From: Candidatus Eiseniibacteriota bacterium
GTDB lineage: Bacteria; Orphanbacterota; Orphanbacteria; Orphanbacterales; Orphanbacteraceae
NCBI GenBank assembly: GCA_043809585.1
Contig: JBDROZ010000070.1
Span: forward strand, 15,122-79,121
Reading direction: 5' to 3'
Length of the DNA stretch: 64,000 nt
A program made the position numbers and the translations under genes. The notes under the pieces are model-generated. The model had not been told where the DNA came from. It saw nothing but the letters and a program-made list of their open reading frames with translations, and searched no databases. Positions 37,470-47,761 of the stretch are shown in pieces (positions within the stretch are counted from its first letter, which is position 1; the number at the start of each line of letters is the position of its first letter).

Positions 37470-38723
37470 TTAGAATGTATACCGGATTCGGGTGTACAGG
37501 TTGTCGTTCTTGTCGAATTGTCCGAACTGGGTCCGGTCGCTTTGCCCCTCGAAGAGGTTGCCGCCCGCGGCGATCTCCACCTCGTCAGTCACTTTGTAGC
37601 TCACCATGGGGCGAACGTAGACGTCCTCGTCCGTGGGCGAGTAGAACGTGAAAAGGGAGAGGCGGATCGTGTGATAGAGCGCCATCTTCTCGAGCCGGAG
37701 CGTCACGATCTGGCGCAGCTCGTCCTGCTCCCGCGCCCCCTCCGGCAGACCCGCGGCGTATTTGTCGTGGTCCCCCATGAACTCGCCGTACCACTGGACC
37801 GTCGCGTTCAGGTCGGTGGCGAGCTGCCGTTCGTACCCGGCGAGCATCCGGACCTCTGAGTTCGCCACCATCGGATCGCTCCCGTTCCTGTCCTCGTCCG
37901 AGTCGTAATACCCCGCCTCGAGCCAGTAGACGCCGCCGAAGCCCGTCGACCGGGCGCTCGCGCCGTACACCGCGAGGTTCGGATAGTAGGGAAGCCCGCC
38001 CCCGGTCATCCCCGCGGGGGTCTTCCAGAAGCCCCGGTACCCGTAGAGGGAGAAGTTGTAATCGCCGAAATACTTCGAGAGCCGGAGCGCGATCTCCCCC
38101 TCCTCGATCTCGTTCTCCGGGGCCGTGGGCGGTCCCATGACGCCCGGCGGCGAGTAGAAGGAGAGCCGAGAGCCGTCCGGAAGGCGGTCGGGCGTGAAGG
38201 CCGGCGTCGCCACGAGGTCCACCGTGAAGGGGAGGCCGAAGACGCCGAGCCGCACCGCGTCGGCAGGGGCTTTCAGATACTGGTCCTCCCGGCCGATGAA
38301 GAACGACACCCAGTCCTTCGGAAAGAGGTCGTTCACGAAGATCAGGTCGCCCGTCCCCCAGGTGAGGGCCTGGCGCCCCGCCTTCACCTCGAGCCGGTCG
38401 GCGAGGGTGTTGAACCGGAGAAAGCCCTCGCGGATTTCCCACCCCGCGCCGCCGCCGAGCACGTTGTCCTGCATGATGTCGAGCCGGAGGAACGCCTCCC
38501 CCCGGTCGCCGTAGCTCGAGAGCTTCAGCTGCGCCCTCGTCTCGTTCAGCGTGTAGTCGCGCACATCGTCGAACCTCGGGTCGTCGGCCGTGCGGAGACC
38601 GTAGCCCCCTTCCACGAAGCCGTGCCAATCCACGTCCGCGAATGAACGGCCCGGCAGGGCGGCCGCGACCAGGAGGACCGCCGCCGTCAACATTCGGTTC
38701 CTCGTCTTTCGTCGCCGATTCAT
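37470..38723 (-). CDS. Outer-membrane beta-barrel protein (porin/alginate-export-like) of the MMPL operon
   Basis: Signal peptide MNRRRKTRNRMLTAAVLLVAAALPGRSFA, long amphipathic beta-strands, C-terminal YTRIRYTF aromatic terminus typical of OMPs. Confidence 0.5.
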   Translation of the reverse strand: MNRRRKTRNRMLTAAVLLVAAALPGRSFADVDWHGFVEGGYGLRTADDPRFDDVRDYTLNETRAQLKLSSYGDRGEAFLRLDIMQDNVLGGGAGWEIREGFLRFNTLADRLEVKAGRQALTWGTGDLIFVNDLFPKDWVSFFIGREDQYLKAPADAVRLGVFGLPFTVDLVATPAFTPDRLPDGSRLSFYSPPGVMGPPTAPENEIEEGEIALRLSKYFGDYNFSLYGYRGFWKTPAGMTGGGLPYYPNLAVYGASARSTGFGGVYWLEAGYYDSDEDRNGSDPMVANSEVRMLAGYERQLATDLNATVQWYGEFMGDHDKYAAGLPEGAREQDELRQIVTLRLEKMALYHTIRLSLFTFYSPTDEDVYVRPMVSYKVTDEVEIAAGGNLFEGQSDRTQFGQFDKNDNLYTRIRYTF

Positions 38724-38746
38724 CGTCTCGTCTCCGTCTATCGTGA

Positions 38747-39556
38747 CTACTGGATGTACTCCGAGGGGGGAGCCTTCAGGTAGCGCTCGGTGAACAGGCC
38801 CTCGTCCACGCCGATGTCGTATCGGATGTCCTTGAACTCGACCAGCGTCGAGTGTTCTTTCTTCACGTTGGTCATGCGGCGCTTCGAGATGGTCGTGAAG
38901 CCGTCCACGTCCTTGATCTCTTCCGCCTCGAAGAGGCGCTCGAGCACACCCTTCGTGTCGTAGTACTCCTCGCGTTCCGGAAGCATGTTGTCCTTGCCGA
39001 TCCAGGTCAGCTTCCTCGCGAAGGAGTCCTTCTCCTTCGGCACGCTCTCGATCACGTAGAAGGAGCGGCCGTCTTTTTCCTCTTCCCGGAGAAGGGTGTG
39101 GTTGTCGTCGGTCCAGTGGCGGCCGGAGACGTCCTCGTAGGAGAAATCGCTCCCCACGAAGGACGAGCCCTTGTCGCTCGACGAGATTCGCCGGACCAGG
39201 TCGATCGCCGGAATGTAGATCCACCGCGAGTCGTCCTTCTCCGCTTCCTTCCACACCATGAAGGTGGTGCCGCGCACGTCGCCCGGCTCGAGGAAGTAGG
39301 TCCAGTACTTCTGGGCCCCGCCCTCCTCGAGGTCGAGGCGGAGCATCACGAACTCCCGGATCCGGACCTTCCCGTTCTTGTCCTTCAGCTCCATCGAGAC
39401 CTTCGCCTTGCCGTCGTTCCCCGTGTAGTAGAGGTTCAGGTGGGCGGTCTTCATGAGTTCCGCCGCGTCCTCCGCCGAGGCCGGGCCCGCGGCCAGGATC
39501 CCCGCGGCGAGCACCGCCGCCGTGATCAAGCCGAACAGGGTGTTTCCCTTTTTCAT
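38747..39556 (-). CDS. LolA-like outer-membrane lipoprotein-sorting protein family
   Basis: Signal peptide [28 protein letters not shown]; LolA_like fold signature (WIGKDNMLP..., DFSYEDV) of the type usually encoded beside MMPL transporters. Confidence 0.6.
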   Translation of the reverse strand: MKKGNTLFGLITAAVLAAGILAAGPASAEDAAELMKTAHLNLYYTGNDGKAKVSMELKDKNGKVRIREFVMLRLDLEEGGAQKYWTYFLEPGDVRGTTFMVWKEAEKDDSRWIYIPAIDLVRRISSSDKGSSFVGSDFSYEDVSGRHWTDDNHTLLREEEKDGRSFYVIESVPKEKDSFARKLTWIGKDNMLPEREEYYDTKGVLERLFEAEEIKDVDGFTTISKRRMTNVKKEHSTLVEFKDIRYDIGVDEGLFTERYLKAPPSEYIQ

Positions 39557-39578
39557 GGTTCTTGCTCCTTCCTGCTTC

Positions 39579-41936
39579 TTACGAACGGGCCCCGGAAGAC
39601 GCCGCCGAATCGGCCGCGGTTCCGGAGCGCTTCCATTGCTTCCGGCCGGCGAGAAACACCGGATTCATGAGCGAGAGAATCGCCGGGAAGGCGAAGAAGG
39701 TGGTGATGCCGCTCACCACCATGATCGCGAAAAAGAAGGCCCCCACCGTCACGTAGGGAACCAGGCTCGCGAAGAACATGGGGACGAATCCGATGGCGAT
39801 CACCAGGATGTTCCGCGTGATCGCCCGGGAGGGGGCCTCGAAGATCGCGGACATGGTCGCCTTGAAGTCGCCGGTCACCCGGTAGATCTCGCGGCTCCGC
39901 TGCAGGAAGTGGATCGCGAAGTCGATCGAGAGGCCGAGCGTGAGGGACGAGAGAACCGCCACGGGCATGTCGTACGGCTTCCCGATGAAACCGATGAGGC
40001 CGTACACCAGCGTGATCGTCGCGGTCAGCGGGATCACGGACAGAATGCCGAGCCGCACCGACCGGAAGAGGAAGATCATCATCACGAGCACCGTGAAGAA
40101 GCTGCCGAGCAGGGCCTTCATCATGCCGTTCACCATCCTCTGCTGCCAGATCACGTTGATGTACGACATGCCCGCCCACCGGGCGACGAGCCCGCCCGGC
40201 GGCGGGTTCCTCACGAGGAAGTCATCCGCCGACCGCACCACGCTGCTCACTTCCCTGTTCTCCCCCCGGTGCATCTGGACCCAGATGTTCGCCCGGTCCG
40301 ACTCGGGGGTGATGAACTTGAAGAGGTCGTCCGGCGAGCCCCCCGACATCTCGTACAGGAAGAGGTACTGGGCGATCTCCTCCCGCGAGTCGGGGACGAT
40401 CCCCTCCGCCGGGTCCCGTTTCAGCTCTTCCCGCACCTTCTTCACGATGTCCACGATCGACGTCGTGGCGCCCACGTTCGGGTGCTTGTCCAGGTGCTTC
40501 TGAAGGCGTTCCACGTACTTCATCGCCTCCGGGTCCTTCAGGCCCCCCTCCTCGCCCGACTGCACCGAGAGGTACGCGAGATAGGTGCCGGCCAGATGGC
40601 GGTTCATCACCTCGTCGGCGACCCGGAGAGGGTGCCCCGCCTTGAACCACTTCACGGGGTTGTCATTCACGACGATCTTGCTCACTCCGACCGCGGAGAG
40701 CAGGAAGACGAGCACGCCCACGACCACGATCGGCTTGTGGAATCGGAGCGCGAAGTCGCGGATGAAGTGCATCGATCGGCGCATCGCGGCGCCCCCCTCG
40801 CCGGTGGCCCCGAACTTCGCCAGGGTCTTCTTCGGCAGGAGCACCGCGTAGGCGATGTTGAACGTGACGGAGAGGAGCCACGCCGACGCGATGCCGAAGG
40901 CGACGAAGCCGCCGAAGACCTGTACCGGCGGGATCGGGGTCACGATCAAAGAAGCGAAGCCGACCACCGTGGTCAAAGATGTGAAGATCATCGGGATGAA
41001 AAGCTCGTCCATGGTCTCCACGATGGTCAGCTTCATGTCGAGGTGGCGCTGGTACCGTTCGTGAAACTCACTCAGGATGTGGATCGAGTTGAGCACCGCG
41101 ATCGGTATCAGGAAGATCGGAATCATCGAGGACATGATGTGGACCGTGTAGCCGAGGCCGATCAGAAGGCCCATGGTCCAGATCACGCTGATGACGGCGA
41201 CGATCATCGGGGCCGCGATGATGGCCGCGTTGCGGAAGAAGAAGAAGAGCAGGAGGAAGATCACCACGAACGCCGCCGGGGCGGAGACCACCATCTGCTT
41301 GAACATCTCGGCGCCGAAAGTGTCTTGGGCGAGGGGCATGCCGGCGAGGAAGTACTCCTCGTCGTCGCTGCCGAGCTCCGCGAGAACCCCCTCGATCTCG
41401 GTCGCCACCCGGTGGGAGACGTCTTTCGACTCGAGGGGCACGAAGATCGCCATGGCCTTGCCGTTGTCGGAGGCGAGCTTGCCCCGAAGCACCGGGTTCT
41501 TCTTGATCTGGGCGAGCACGCGGGCCGATCCTTCTTCGTCCCTCGGCGCCTCTTCCATGAGTGTCTCTACCCGGAGGATGCCCTCTTCGGTAGTGAAGAT
41601 GTCGTCCACGTCCGTGGGGGCGAGAAGGTCGTCATCGATAACGCCGTCCATCTCCCGGATCCGTTCGGTGATCTCGACGACCCGCGCGAGGGTGGCCGGG
41701 TTGAAGACGCCCTCTTCCTTCACGATGCCCACCACGAGGATGTCGTGAAGCCCGAAGACCTCCTTTACCTCATCGTGAAAGACGCGGACCTCCTCGTTCT
41801 CGGGGAGCATGTTCTCCGGGTCCGTGTCGATGTAGATCTTGGGGAGCTGAACGGCGAAGGCCACGGTCACGGCCAGAATCAGTGCGATGACCACCTTCGG
41901 ATGGTGCATGGAAAAGTCGACCAGGAACCTTTTCAC
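39579..41936 (-). CDS. MMPL-family RND superfamily exporter
   Basis: 785-aa 12-TM protein with two large periplasmic loops and duplicated 6-TM bundles; RND/MMPL motifs (GxSxDFxIHF, [24 protein letters not shown]); GTG start after a GGGAGGAAG SD. Confidence 0.8.
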   Translation of the reverse strand: MKRFLVDFSMHHPKVVIALILAVTVAFAVQLPKIYIDTDPENMLPENEEVRVFHDEVKEVFGLHDILVVGIVKEEGVFNPATLARVVEITERIREMDGVIDDDLLAPTDVDDIFTTEEGILRVETLMEEAPRDEEGSARVLAQIKKNPVLRGKLASDNGKAMAIFVPLESKDVSHRVATEIEGVLAELGSDDEEYFLAGMPLAQDTFGAEMFKQMVVSAPAAFVVIFLLLFFFFRNAAIIAAPMIVAVISVIWTMGLLIGLGYTVHIMSSMIPIFLIPIAVLNSIHILSEFHERYQRHLDMKLTIVETMDELFIPMIFTSLTTVVGFASLIVTPIPPVQVFGGFVAFGIASAWLLSVTFNIAYAVLLPKKTLAKFGATGEGGAAMRRSMHFIRDFALRFHKPIVVVGVLVFLLSAVGVSKIVVNDNPVKWFKAGHPLRVADEVMNRHLAGTYLAYLSVQSGEEGGLKDPEAMKYVERLQKHLDKHPNVGATTSIVDIVKKVREELKRDPAEGIVPDSREEIAQYLFLYEMSGGSPDDLFKFITPESDRANIWVQMHRGENREVSSVVRSADDFLVRNPPPGGLVARWAGMSYINVIWQQRMVNGMMKALLGSFFTVLVMMIFLFRSVRLGILSVIPLTATITLVYGLIGFIGKPYDMPVAVLSSLTLGLSIDFAIHFLQRSREIYRVTGDFKATMSAIFEAPSRAITRNILVIAIGFVPMFFASLVPYVTVGAFFFAIMVVSGITTFFAFPAILSLMNPVFLAGRKQWKRSGTAADSAASSGARS

Positions 41937-41994
41937 TTTCCTGCTTCCTCCCGTGATAGAGCGGACGGTGTTTCGATTCGATACTCCACCCTAC

Positions 41995-42010
41995 TGCAAC
42001 CGGGGGGCCA
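41995..42010 (-). promoter_or_regulatory. Candidate sigma-54 promoter TGGCCC-cccgg-TTGCA driving the MMPL operon
   Basis: On the minus strand tggccccccggttgca gives GG-N10-GC with a perfect TTGCA -12 element; predicted TSS ~41984, GTG at 41936. Confidence 0.45.
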
Positions 42011-42103
42011 ATACACCGCCGATCCGTCCTCTAAACCACAAGCCATTGAAATCATTGCGAATAGTGTCTCGAAGACAGGTCGGGCCGGACTCCCTCGCTG
42101 CTG

Positions 42104-42160
42104 TTTTTGTTGCGCCGGCCCGGAATTGACGCAATATTCTGTTGCGCCGGGTCGCAACAA
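42104..42160. promoter_or_regulatory. Enhancer-like TGTTGCG dyads between the sigma-54 promoter and the activator gene
   Basis: Perfect inverted repeat TGTTGCG-N6-CGCAACA at 42140-42159 and TGTTGCG-N15-CGCAA at 42108-42134; ~100-170 bp upstream of the predicted TSS. Confidence 0.4.
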
Positions 42161-42221
42161 AGCGGAGACGTTTCCGGGGGGAACGAAACAGCGCGGACGG
42201 CCCGGAAGGAGGAAGGGATCG

Positions 42222-43616
42222 ATGAAGGCGGACGTCGGCAACCTGCAGGTTTGCATGGCCCAGAAGGCGAACATGGAGGCCATCTTTCACAGCGTGGCCG
42301 ACGGCATTCTCACGGTGGACGCCCACCTCGTGATCACGAACATCAATCATGCCGCCGCCCGGGTGATCGGCGTCGAACCGGCGGAGGCCGTCGGCAGGCC
42401 TCTCCGGGAGGTCCTGCTCTGCCGGCTCTGGCGACTCGGCCCGATGCTGAAGGAGACCATGGAGACCGGCGAGGGGGTGGCGGAGCGCGAGAACATCCTC
42501 GTCCGCCCCGACGGCAACGAGATCCGCGCCCTCCTGACGACGAACCGCCTCCTCGACAGCGACGACAAAGTGGCGGGGGCGGTGATCATCCTCCGCGACA
42601 TCACCCACCTCCGGGAACTCGAGGTCCGCCTCGAGGACCGCGCCGCCCTCCACTCCCTCGTCGGGAAGAGCCATCGGATGCAGGAGGTCTATACACTGAT
42701 CGAGCAGGTGGCGCCGACGGACTCGACGGTGTTCATCCAGGGGGAGAGCGGCACCGGGAAGGAGCTGATCGCCGACGCGATCCACCGGAGCAGCACCCGG
42801 CAGGGCGCCCCCTTCATCAAGGTCAACTGCTCCGCCCTCTCCGAGAGCCTCCTCGAGAGCGAGCTGTTCGGGCACGTGAAGGGCGCGTTCACGGGGGCCA
42901 CGTACGACCGGAAGGGGCGGTTCGAAATGGCCACGGGCGGGACGATCTTCCTCGACGAGATCGGCGACCTGACCGAGCGCATCCAGGTGAAGCTGCTCCG
43001 GGTGCTCCAGGAGCGGGAGATCGAACGGGTGGGGGACACGAAGGTCATGAAGATCGACGTCCGCGTTCTCGCCGCCACCCACCAGCCACTGAAAAAGCTC
43101 GTGGACGAGGGCCGCTTCCGCAAGGACCTCTTCTATCGGCTGAACGTGATTCCCATCCACGTCCCCCCCCTCCGGGACCGAAAAGAGGACATCCCGGCCC
43201 TCGCGTCGGTCTTCCTCAGGGAGCTGTCGGCGCGCATGAGGAAGAAGCTCGAGAAGATCTCCCACGACGCCTTGCGGGCGATGATGGATTACGGGTGGCC
43301 GGGCAATGTGCGGGAACTCCGGAACGCCTTGGAGCACGGGGCGGTGAAAACCCGGGGCCCGGCGATCCTCCTCGAGGACCTGCCGGGGGAAATCGTCTCG
43401 GAGACGGCGAAGATCGATTCCGCCTACAGCGCCGGCCCGACCGGGCGCGGCTGGGGAAGCGTCACCCCCTGGGGCGGCCCCCGGGACGAGGGGAAGGCGA
43501 TCCGCACCGCCCTCGAAAAGACCGGGTGGCACCGGGGCAAGGCGGCCCAGATCCTCGGCATCGACAGAACCACGCTCTGGCGGAAGATGAAGCGCCTCGG
43601 CATCGACATGAATTAG
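42222..43616 (+). CDS. Sigma-54-dependent transcriptional activator (PAS sensor - AAA+ sigma-54 interaction - Fis-type HTH)
   Basis: GESGTGKE Walker A, GAFTGA sigma-54 contact motif ([16 protein letters not shown]), DEIGDL Walker [11 protein letters not shown]-terminal HTH ([22 protein letters not shown]). Start at ATG 42222 after GGAAGGAGGAAGGG; the upstream 920 codons of ORF 39453..43616 are antisense to the MMPL operon. Confidence 0.85.
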   Translation: MKADVGNLQVCMAQKANMEAIFHSVADGILTVDAHLVITNINHAAARVIGVEPAEAVGRPLREVLLCRLWRLGPMLKETMETGEGVAERENILVRPDGNEIRALLTTNRLLDSDDKVAGAVIILRDITHLRELEVRLEDRAALHSLVGKSHRMQEVYTLIEQVAPTDSTVFIQGESGTGKELIADAIHRSSTRQGAPFIKVNCSALSESLLESELFGHVKGAFTGATYDRKGRFEMATGGTIFLDEIGDLTERIQVKLLRVLQEREIERVGDTKVMKIDVRVLAATHQPLKKLVDEGRFRKDLFYRLNVIPIHVPPLRDRKEDIPALASVFLRELSARMRKKLEKISHDALRAMMDYGWPGNVRELRNALEHGAVKTRGPAILLEDLPGEIVSETAKIDSAYSAGPTGRGWGSVTPWGGPRDEGKAIRTALEKTGWHRGKAAQILGIDRTTLWRKMKRLGIDMN

Positions 43617-43620
43617 CGTC

Positions 43621-43680
43621 TCCCGCGCAACAGCACGAATGTTGCATTCTGTTGCACCCGAAAGCCGCGCAACAACGCCG
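43621..43680. promoter_or_regulatory. Second array of TGTTGC dyads immediately downstream of the activator gene
   Basis: CGCAACA-N7-TGTTGCA (43626-43646) and TGTTGCA-N12-GCAACA (43652-43678); shares attctgttgcRcc with the upstream array. Confidence 0.35.
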
Positions 43681-43843
43681 CTGCCGGCGCCGCCCCTGCC
43701 AACTCTTTGTTTTACCTTCTATTACAAGAAAGACCGTGGTTTGTCATGGTTCCTGCAATTACCTCGGGGCGAACGGAAGAGAGCGGCGGGCCGAGCGCCG
43801 CGATGAGAGCGAAGAAGGAAACGAGTCCCAGGAGAAGGTAACC

Positions 43844-44185
43844 ATGTCGGAAGCGATCAACATCAGCGATACCCAGTTCGAAGCGGAAGTTCTCCAGTCG
43901 CCGACCCCCGTGGTCGTGGATTTCTGGGCTCCCTGGTGCGCCCCCTGCCGGATGGTCGCTCCGGCGATCGAGAGTCTGAGCCGGGAACTGAGCGGAAAGG
44001 TGCGTTTCGTGAAGATCAACGTGGACGACAACCCGATGCAGGCCTCCAAATACGGCGTGCAGGGCATCCCCACGCTCCTCTTCTTCCAGGGGGGGGAGCT
44101 CGTGGACAGCGCGGTCGGCGCCTACCCGGAGCCGATGCTCCGCGAGAAGGTGACCGAGACCTTCGGAATCGCGGAGACGAACTAA
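43844..44185 (+). CDS. trxA: Thioredoxin
   Basis: VVVDFWAPWCAPCRMVAP...YGVQGIPTLLFF, the thioredoxin fold with a WCAPC variant of the WCGPC active site. Confidence 0.8.
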   Translation: MSEAINISDTQFEAEVLQSPTPVVVDFWAPWCAPCRMVAPAIESLSRELSGKVRFVKINVDDNPMQASKYGVQGIPTLLFFQGGELVDSAVGAYPEPMLREKVTETFGIAETN

Positions 44186-44386
44186 CCCAAGACCGGCCGC
44201 GGGGGGACCGGTTCCCGTAGAGGCTCCCCCGCCAAGTTGATCGATAGATTGGGCGAGACCGAGAACAGAAGCACAAGCAACGTACTTCATGATCTCGAGC
44301 GGGCAAGCCCGCGATCCTCCCGAGAAGCCGGGCCGCGTCGTATGGGCGCGGCCCGCTTCTGTATTCCGCTCGAATCCGCGTGCTTT

Positions 44387-45775
44387 CTACCGCTCCCCGT
44401 CGGGCTCGTCCCCCTCCTCGAGCCTCTCCCCGAATGCCGGGGCCGCAAGGAAAAAGAAGATCAACCCGAGATAGTTGTGGTGGAAGATCCGGGAGAAGAA
44501 GAGGAAGAGAAACAGGAAGAGCGCGAAGGAGACGACCGCGGACGACGCCGTCCGCTTCTCGAAGTGCCGCCGGAGCAGCAGCCACCCCAGGGGCAGCACA
44601 ACGGTCAGGTGGAAGATCCAGAACGGAAAGTAATGATACCGGCTCGGGACCAGATGAAACACGTTCACCAGACTGGCGATCCCGTAGCCCGGCGTGCCGC
44701 CGAGCGGATAGCTCACCTCCGACAACCCCACGTTGAACGCGTACGTATCGTCGAAGAACGCCCCCGGGTCCCAGAGAAAGAAGGGAAGCGCGAGAATCAC
44801 GAGCGGCGCGAGACCCGGCAGGGCCTTCTTCCCTCCCCGCCGGAGAACCGCCCCCCATCCCCCGGAGCCCCTTCCCGCGAGCACCACGAAGAACGGCACG
44901 AACAAGAACGCGAACTGTTTCGTCGCGCAGGCGAGCCCGAGAAGCAGCGCCGCCCCCCGCCACCGCCCGGTGATCATCGCGTGAACCGCGGCCACGAGCA
45001 GCACCGCCACCACCACGTCGTTCCGGCCCTCCACGATGTGGGGCACCAAGAACGGGTTGAGGCCCCAGAGGGCCGCGAGGGCGAGCTGGCGGTCCGGGTC
45101 GGCGCTCCACCTCGTCACGAAAAAGAAGGGCGCGAGAAACAGAAGCAGATAGAGAACCCGCCCGTCGTACCCGCCGAATGCCGCCTCGCCCGCGGCGAGA
45201 AACGGTGCTTGGACGAGAAAAGAGAAGGGGAAGTACGGGTGGTGGATGATCGCCGGATTGCCCGGGCCCCAGTCGAGTTCCGCCATCGGCGTCGACCGGT
45301 AGTCCGCGGCGTACGGGTTCGTTCCCCGGAACAAGAACCGAACCGCCTCTTCCGTCTGGATCACGCCGCCGTCGTGGGCGTGCCCCCTCGGTCCGACGGC
45401 AAAACGGAGCCCGATTTCCGCGATCGCCGGCAGCACCACGATCCACGCGACCAGGAGGCCGAGGAGAACCGCCCGAACCCCCGTGCGGGTCTTGCGGAAG
45501 AGAACGCCGAGCGCGGTGAGAGAGTACAAGAGAAGCAGCCCGAGCCCGACGGCGACCCGAAGAGCGCCGATCGGATTCCGCACCAGGCTCGTGTCGAAGA
45601 ACCGGGCCCATCCCGAACCGGTCGCGCCGAGATCCGCGCTGTCCCGCCCGAACTCGAGCTGCCCCTCGGAGGGGAGGTTCAGCATGAGCAGGAGGAAGAG
45701 AAGGACGGCGTCGACCGGGAATCCTCGAACCCCCGTCCGCCCGGCGCCCCGCGCTTTCATCGCTCCGTCGTTCAC
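44387..45775 (-). CDS. Polytopic integral membrane protein, DUF2029/GT87-like (putative glycosyltransferase)
   Basis: 11+ TM helices, Phe/Leu-rich, loop motifs reminiscent of GT-C mannosyltransferase-like proteins; family call is tentative. Confidence 0.4.
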   Translation of the reverse strand: MNDGAMKARGAGRTGVRGFPVDAVLLFLLLMLNLPSEGQLEFGRDSADLGATGSGWARFFDTSLVRNPIGALRVAVGLGLLLLYSLTALGVLFRKTRTGVRAVLLGLLVAWIVVLPAIAEIGLRFAVGPRGHAHDGGVIQTEEAVRFLFRGTNPYAADYRSTPMAELDWGPGNPAIIHHPYFPFSFLVQAPFLAAGEAAFGGYDGRVLYLLLFLAPFFFVTRWSADPDRQLALAALWGLNPFLVPHIVEGRNDVVVAVLLVAAVHAMITGRWRGAALLLGLACATKQFAFLFVPFFVVLAGRGSGGWGAVLRRGGKKALPGLAPLVILALPFFLWDPGAFFDDTYAFNVGLSEVSYPLGGTPGYGIASLVNVFHLVPSRYHYFPFWIFHLTVVLPLGWLLLRRHFEKRTASSAVVSFALFLFLFLFFSRIFHHNYLGLIFFFLAAPAFGERLEEGDEPDGER

Positions 45776-45995
45776 GGCCCACTCCCTTCCGGCGGTCGGT
45801 CATTCAGAGTAGGCGACGGTCCGGTAGGAACGCCACACCTTTTCGAACCGGATCCGTGGCCCGGAGAACGAGGAATCGTCGAGGAGACCAAAACCACGAA
45901 GGAACGATCGAACCGATCGTCGGTTCCCTTCCGCTCATCGTGTTCTTCGCGGCTTCTCTTTCCGGGTCCGAGCGCGGCGGGCGGGCGGCAAGAAG

Positions 45996-47609
45996 CTACT
46001 CGGTCACCTTCATGACCACCATCGTGATGTCGTCCTTGACCTTGGCGCCGTCGATGAACGCCATGATGTCGTCGTAGAGACCGTCGGCGATCCGTTTCGC
46101 CCCGAACTCCGCCCGTTCGGCGAGCGCTTTCCCCAGGCGCTCCGTCCCGAACAACATCCCCGACGGCGAACGGGCCTCGACGATGCCGTCCGTGTAGAAG
46201 AGGACCACGTCGCCGGGCGCGAGGTCCCGCATGCCCACCTCGTACTCCACGTCTTCCTGGACGCCGAGGATGAGCCCTTCCGCGTCCAGGGTCTCCACGA
46301 GCCCCGTCTCCTTCCGGTAGAGGACGGGGGTATTGTGGCCGCCGTTGGCGAAGAGGAGGCGCCGGTTCCGAAGGCCGAGCCGCGCCGCGAATAGAGAGAT
46401 GAGCAGGCTCGACGCGGTGAGGTCCCGGTAGAGGAGGCGGTTCGCCCGCTCGAGAACGACGCCCGGGTTGTCCGAATCGCTCGCCGACGCGAGGAGCGTC
46501 GCCCGGGCGGTGGTCATGATCAGGGCCGCTCCGAGATTGTGCCCCGTCACGTCCCCGATGAGAACACTCACGGACCGGTCCTCCCGAACCACGTACCCGT
46601 AGTAGTCGCCTCCCACGTTGTCGGCGGTCGCGCACCGCCCCGCGAGATCGACCCCCTCCACGACCGGCGCCTCCTCCGGGAGCAGGGACGCCTGGATTTC
46701 CCGGGCGAGTTCGAGGTCCCGTTTCATTCGGGCCGCCTTTTTCAGTTCCTCCACGAGCCGGGCGTTGGCGATCGCCGTCGAAGCCTGGGAGGCGACGGCC
46801 GAGACGAGCTTCTCTTCGCCGCTCGTGAACGGCGCCCGATCCCGCTTCGTCAACACGATGGCTCCGACAACGCCGTCCGCTTCGACCGATGACGACCGGA
46901 GGAGGGGGACGGCCAGCACCGACTCGATCTTTTCCTCACCGGCGTCCCGGAGGAAGTTTTCCTCCGGCGGCTTCTCCTCCGTCACGATCATGGCCCGCCG
47001 GCTTCGGATCACCTCCGCGAGGAAACCTTCCTGGTCCGGATCTCCCGCGGAGTAGCGACAGCGATCGCAACAGCCTCCTTGGGGGGACTTGATGGCGAGG
47101 GGCGTGCAGCGCTTTCCGTCGTAGAGAAGAACGGAACCGCATCGGAACGTCAGGATCGATTCGAGCCGGTCGAGAAGGGTCTCGCCGATCTTCTTCTCGT
47201 CGAAAAGGGCGGCGAACTGATCGCTCAGATCATAGAGGAGGTTCACCTCCTCGTACTTTTCCGAGATTTCCTCGGCCAGGCTGCCGAACTGGTATTCGGA
47301 GTCGAGAATCCCTTCGGCCACCATCGCGACGAGCCGGGCCACGTCCCGCGCATCGGAGCGGCCCTTGCCGGCGCCCCGGACCCTCACGTATCCGACACCC
47401 CGATTCCACGTATGCAGGGGGAACTCGTGGTCCGTGAATTCCTTCCCCCCGGCGGGCGCTCCGTCGCCCCAACCGGCGACCTTCACGCCCTCCAAAGAGA
47501 GGACGTCGACGGCGACGGCGTGAAGTTCGCACATCTCCGTCACGAAGTGGGGGAAACGGCTGTCCGCCGCGAGGGATTCCACTCCCGCGATCGACTGGCG
47601 GTCGTCCAT
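45996..47609 (-). CDS. SpoIIE/RsbU-type PP2C serine phosphatase with N-terminal GAF domains
   Basis: C-terminal PP2C signature (DVTGHNLGAALIMTTARA...LFYTDGIVEA...DDITMVVMK) preceded by GAF-like segments. Confidence 0.7.
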   Translation of the reverse strand: MDDRQSIAGVESLAADSRFPHFVTEMCELHAVAVDVLSLEGVKVAGWGDGAPAGGKEFTDHEFPLHTWNRGVGYVRVRGAGKGRSDARDVARLVAMVAEGILDSEYQFGSLAEEISEKYEEVNLLYDLSDQFAALFDEKKIGETLLDRLESILTFRCGSVLLYDGKRCTPLAIKSPQGGCCDRCRYSAGDPDQEGFLAEVIRSRRAMIVTEEKPPEENFLRDAGEEKIESVLAVPLLRSSSVEADGVVGAIVLTKRDRAPFTSGEEKLVSAVASQASTAIANARLVEELKKAARMKRDLELAREIQASLLPEEAPVVEGVDLAGRCATADNVGGDYYGYVVREDRSVSVLIGDVTGHNLGAALIMTTARATLLASASDSDNPGVVLERANRLLYRDLTASSLLISLFAARLGLRNRRLLFANGGHNTPVLYRKETGLVETLDAEGLILGVQEDVEYEVGMRDLAPGDVVLFYTDGIVEARSPSGMLFGTERLGKALAERAEFGAKRIADGLYDDIMAFIDGAKVKDDITMVVMKVTE

Positions 47610-47761
47610 GGCTTTCGATGCTCCGGCCCCGGGGGGGCGTGACACATTCCAACTTCAATCGAATCATCGGCATAGAACACCAATCCCTTGACGGAAAAGG
47701 GAAGGCCGCTCGCTCCCCGGCGGACGGATGGAGACAAAATCGGATGAAAGAAGGCGGTTTG

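Noticed and set aside
39453-43616. 1387-codon ORF on the plus strand
   Set aside because: Only its last 464 codons (from ATG 42222, preceded by a strong SD) encode the sigma-54 activator. The first ~920 codons run antisense through the MMPL and LolA-like genes and the intergenic promoter region, are Arg/Gly/His-rich nonsense, and are a stop-codon-poor artefact of ~70% GC.
43690-43843. Sigma-54 promoter for trxA
   Set aside because: No GG-N10-GC arrangement with TGGCAC- or TTGC-like elements was found in the 150 bp upstream. A weak sigma-70-like TGCCAA-N17-TATTAC is more plausible, so the downstream TGTTGC array cannot currently be tied to a sigma-54 promoter.
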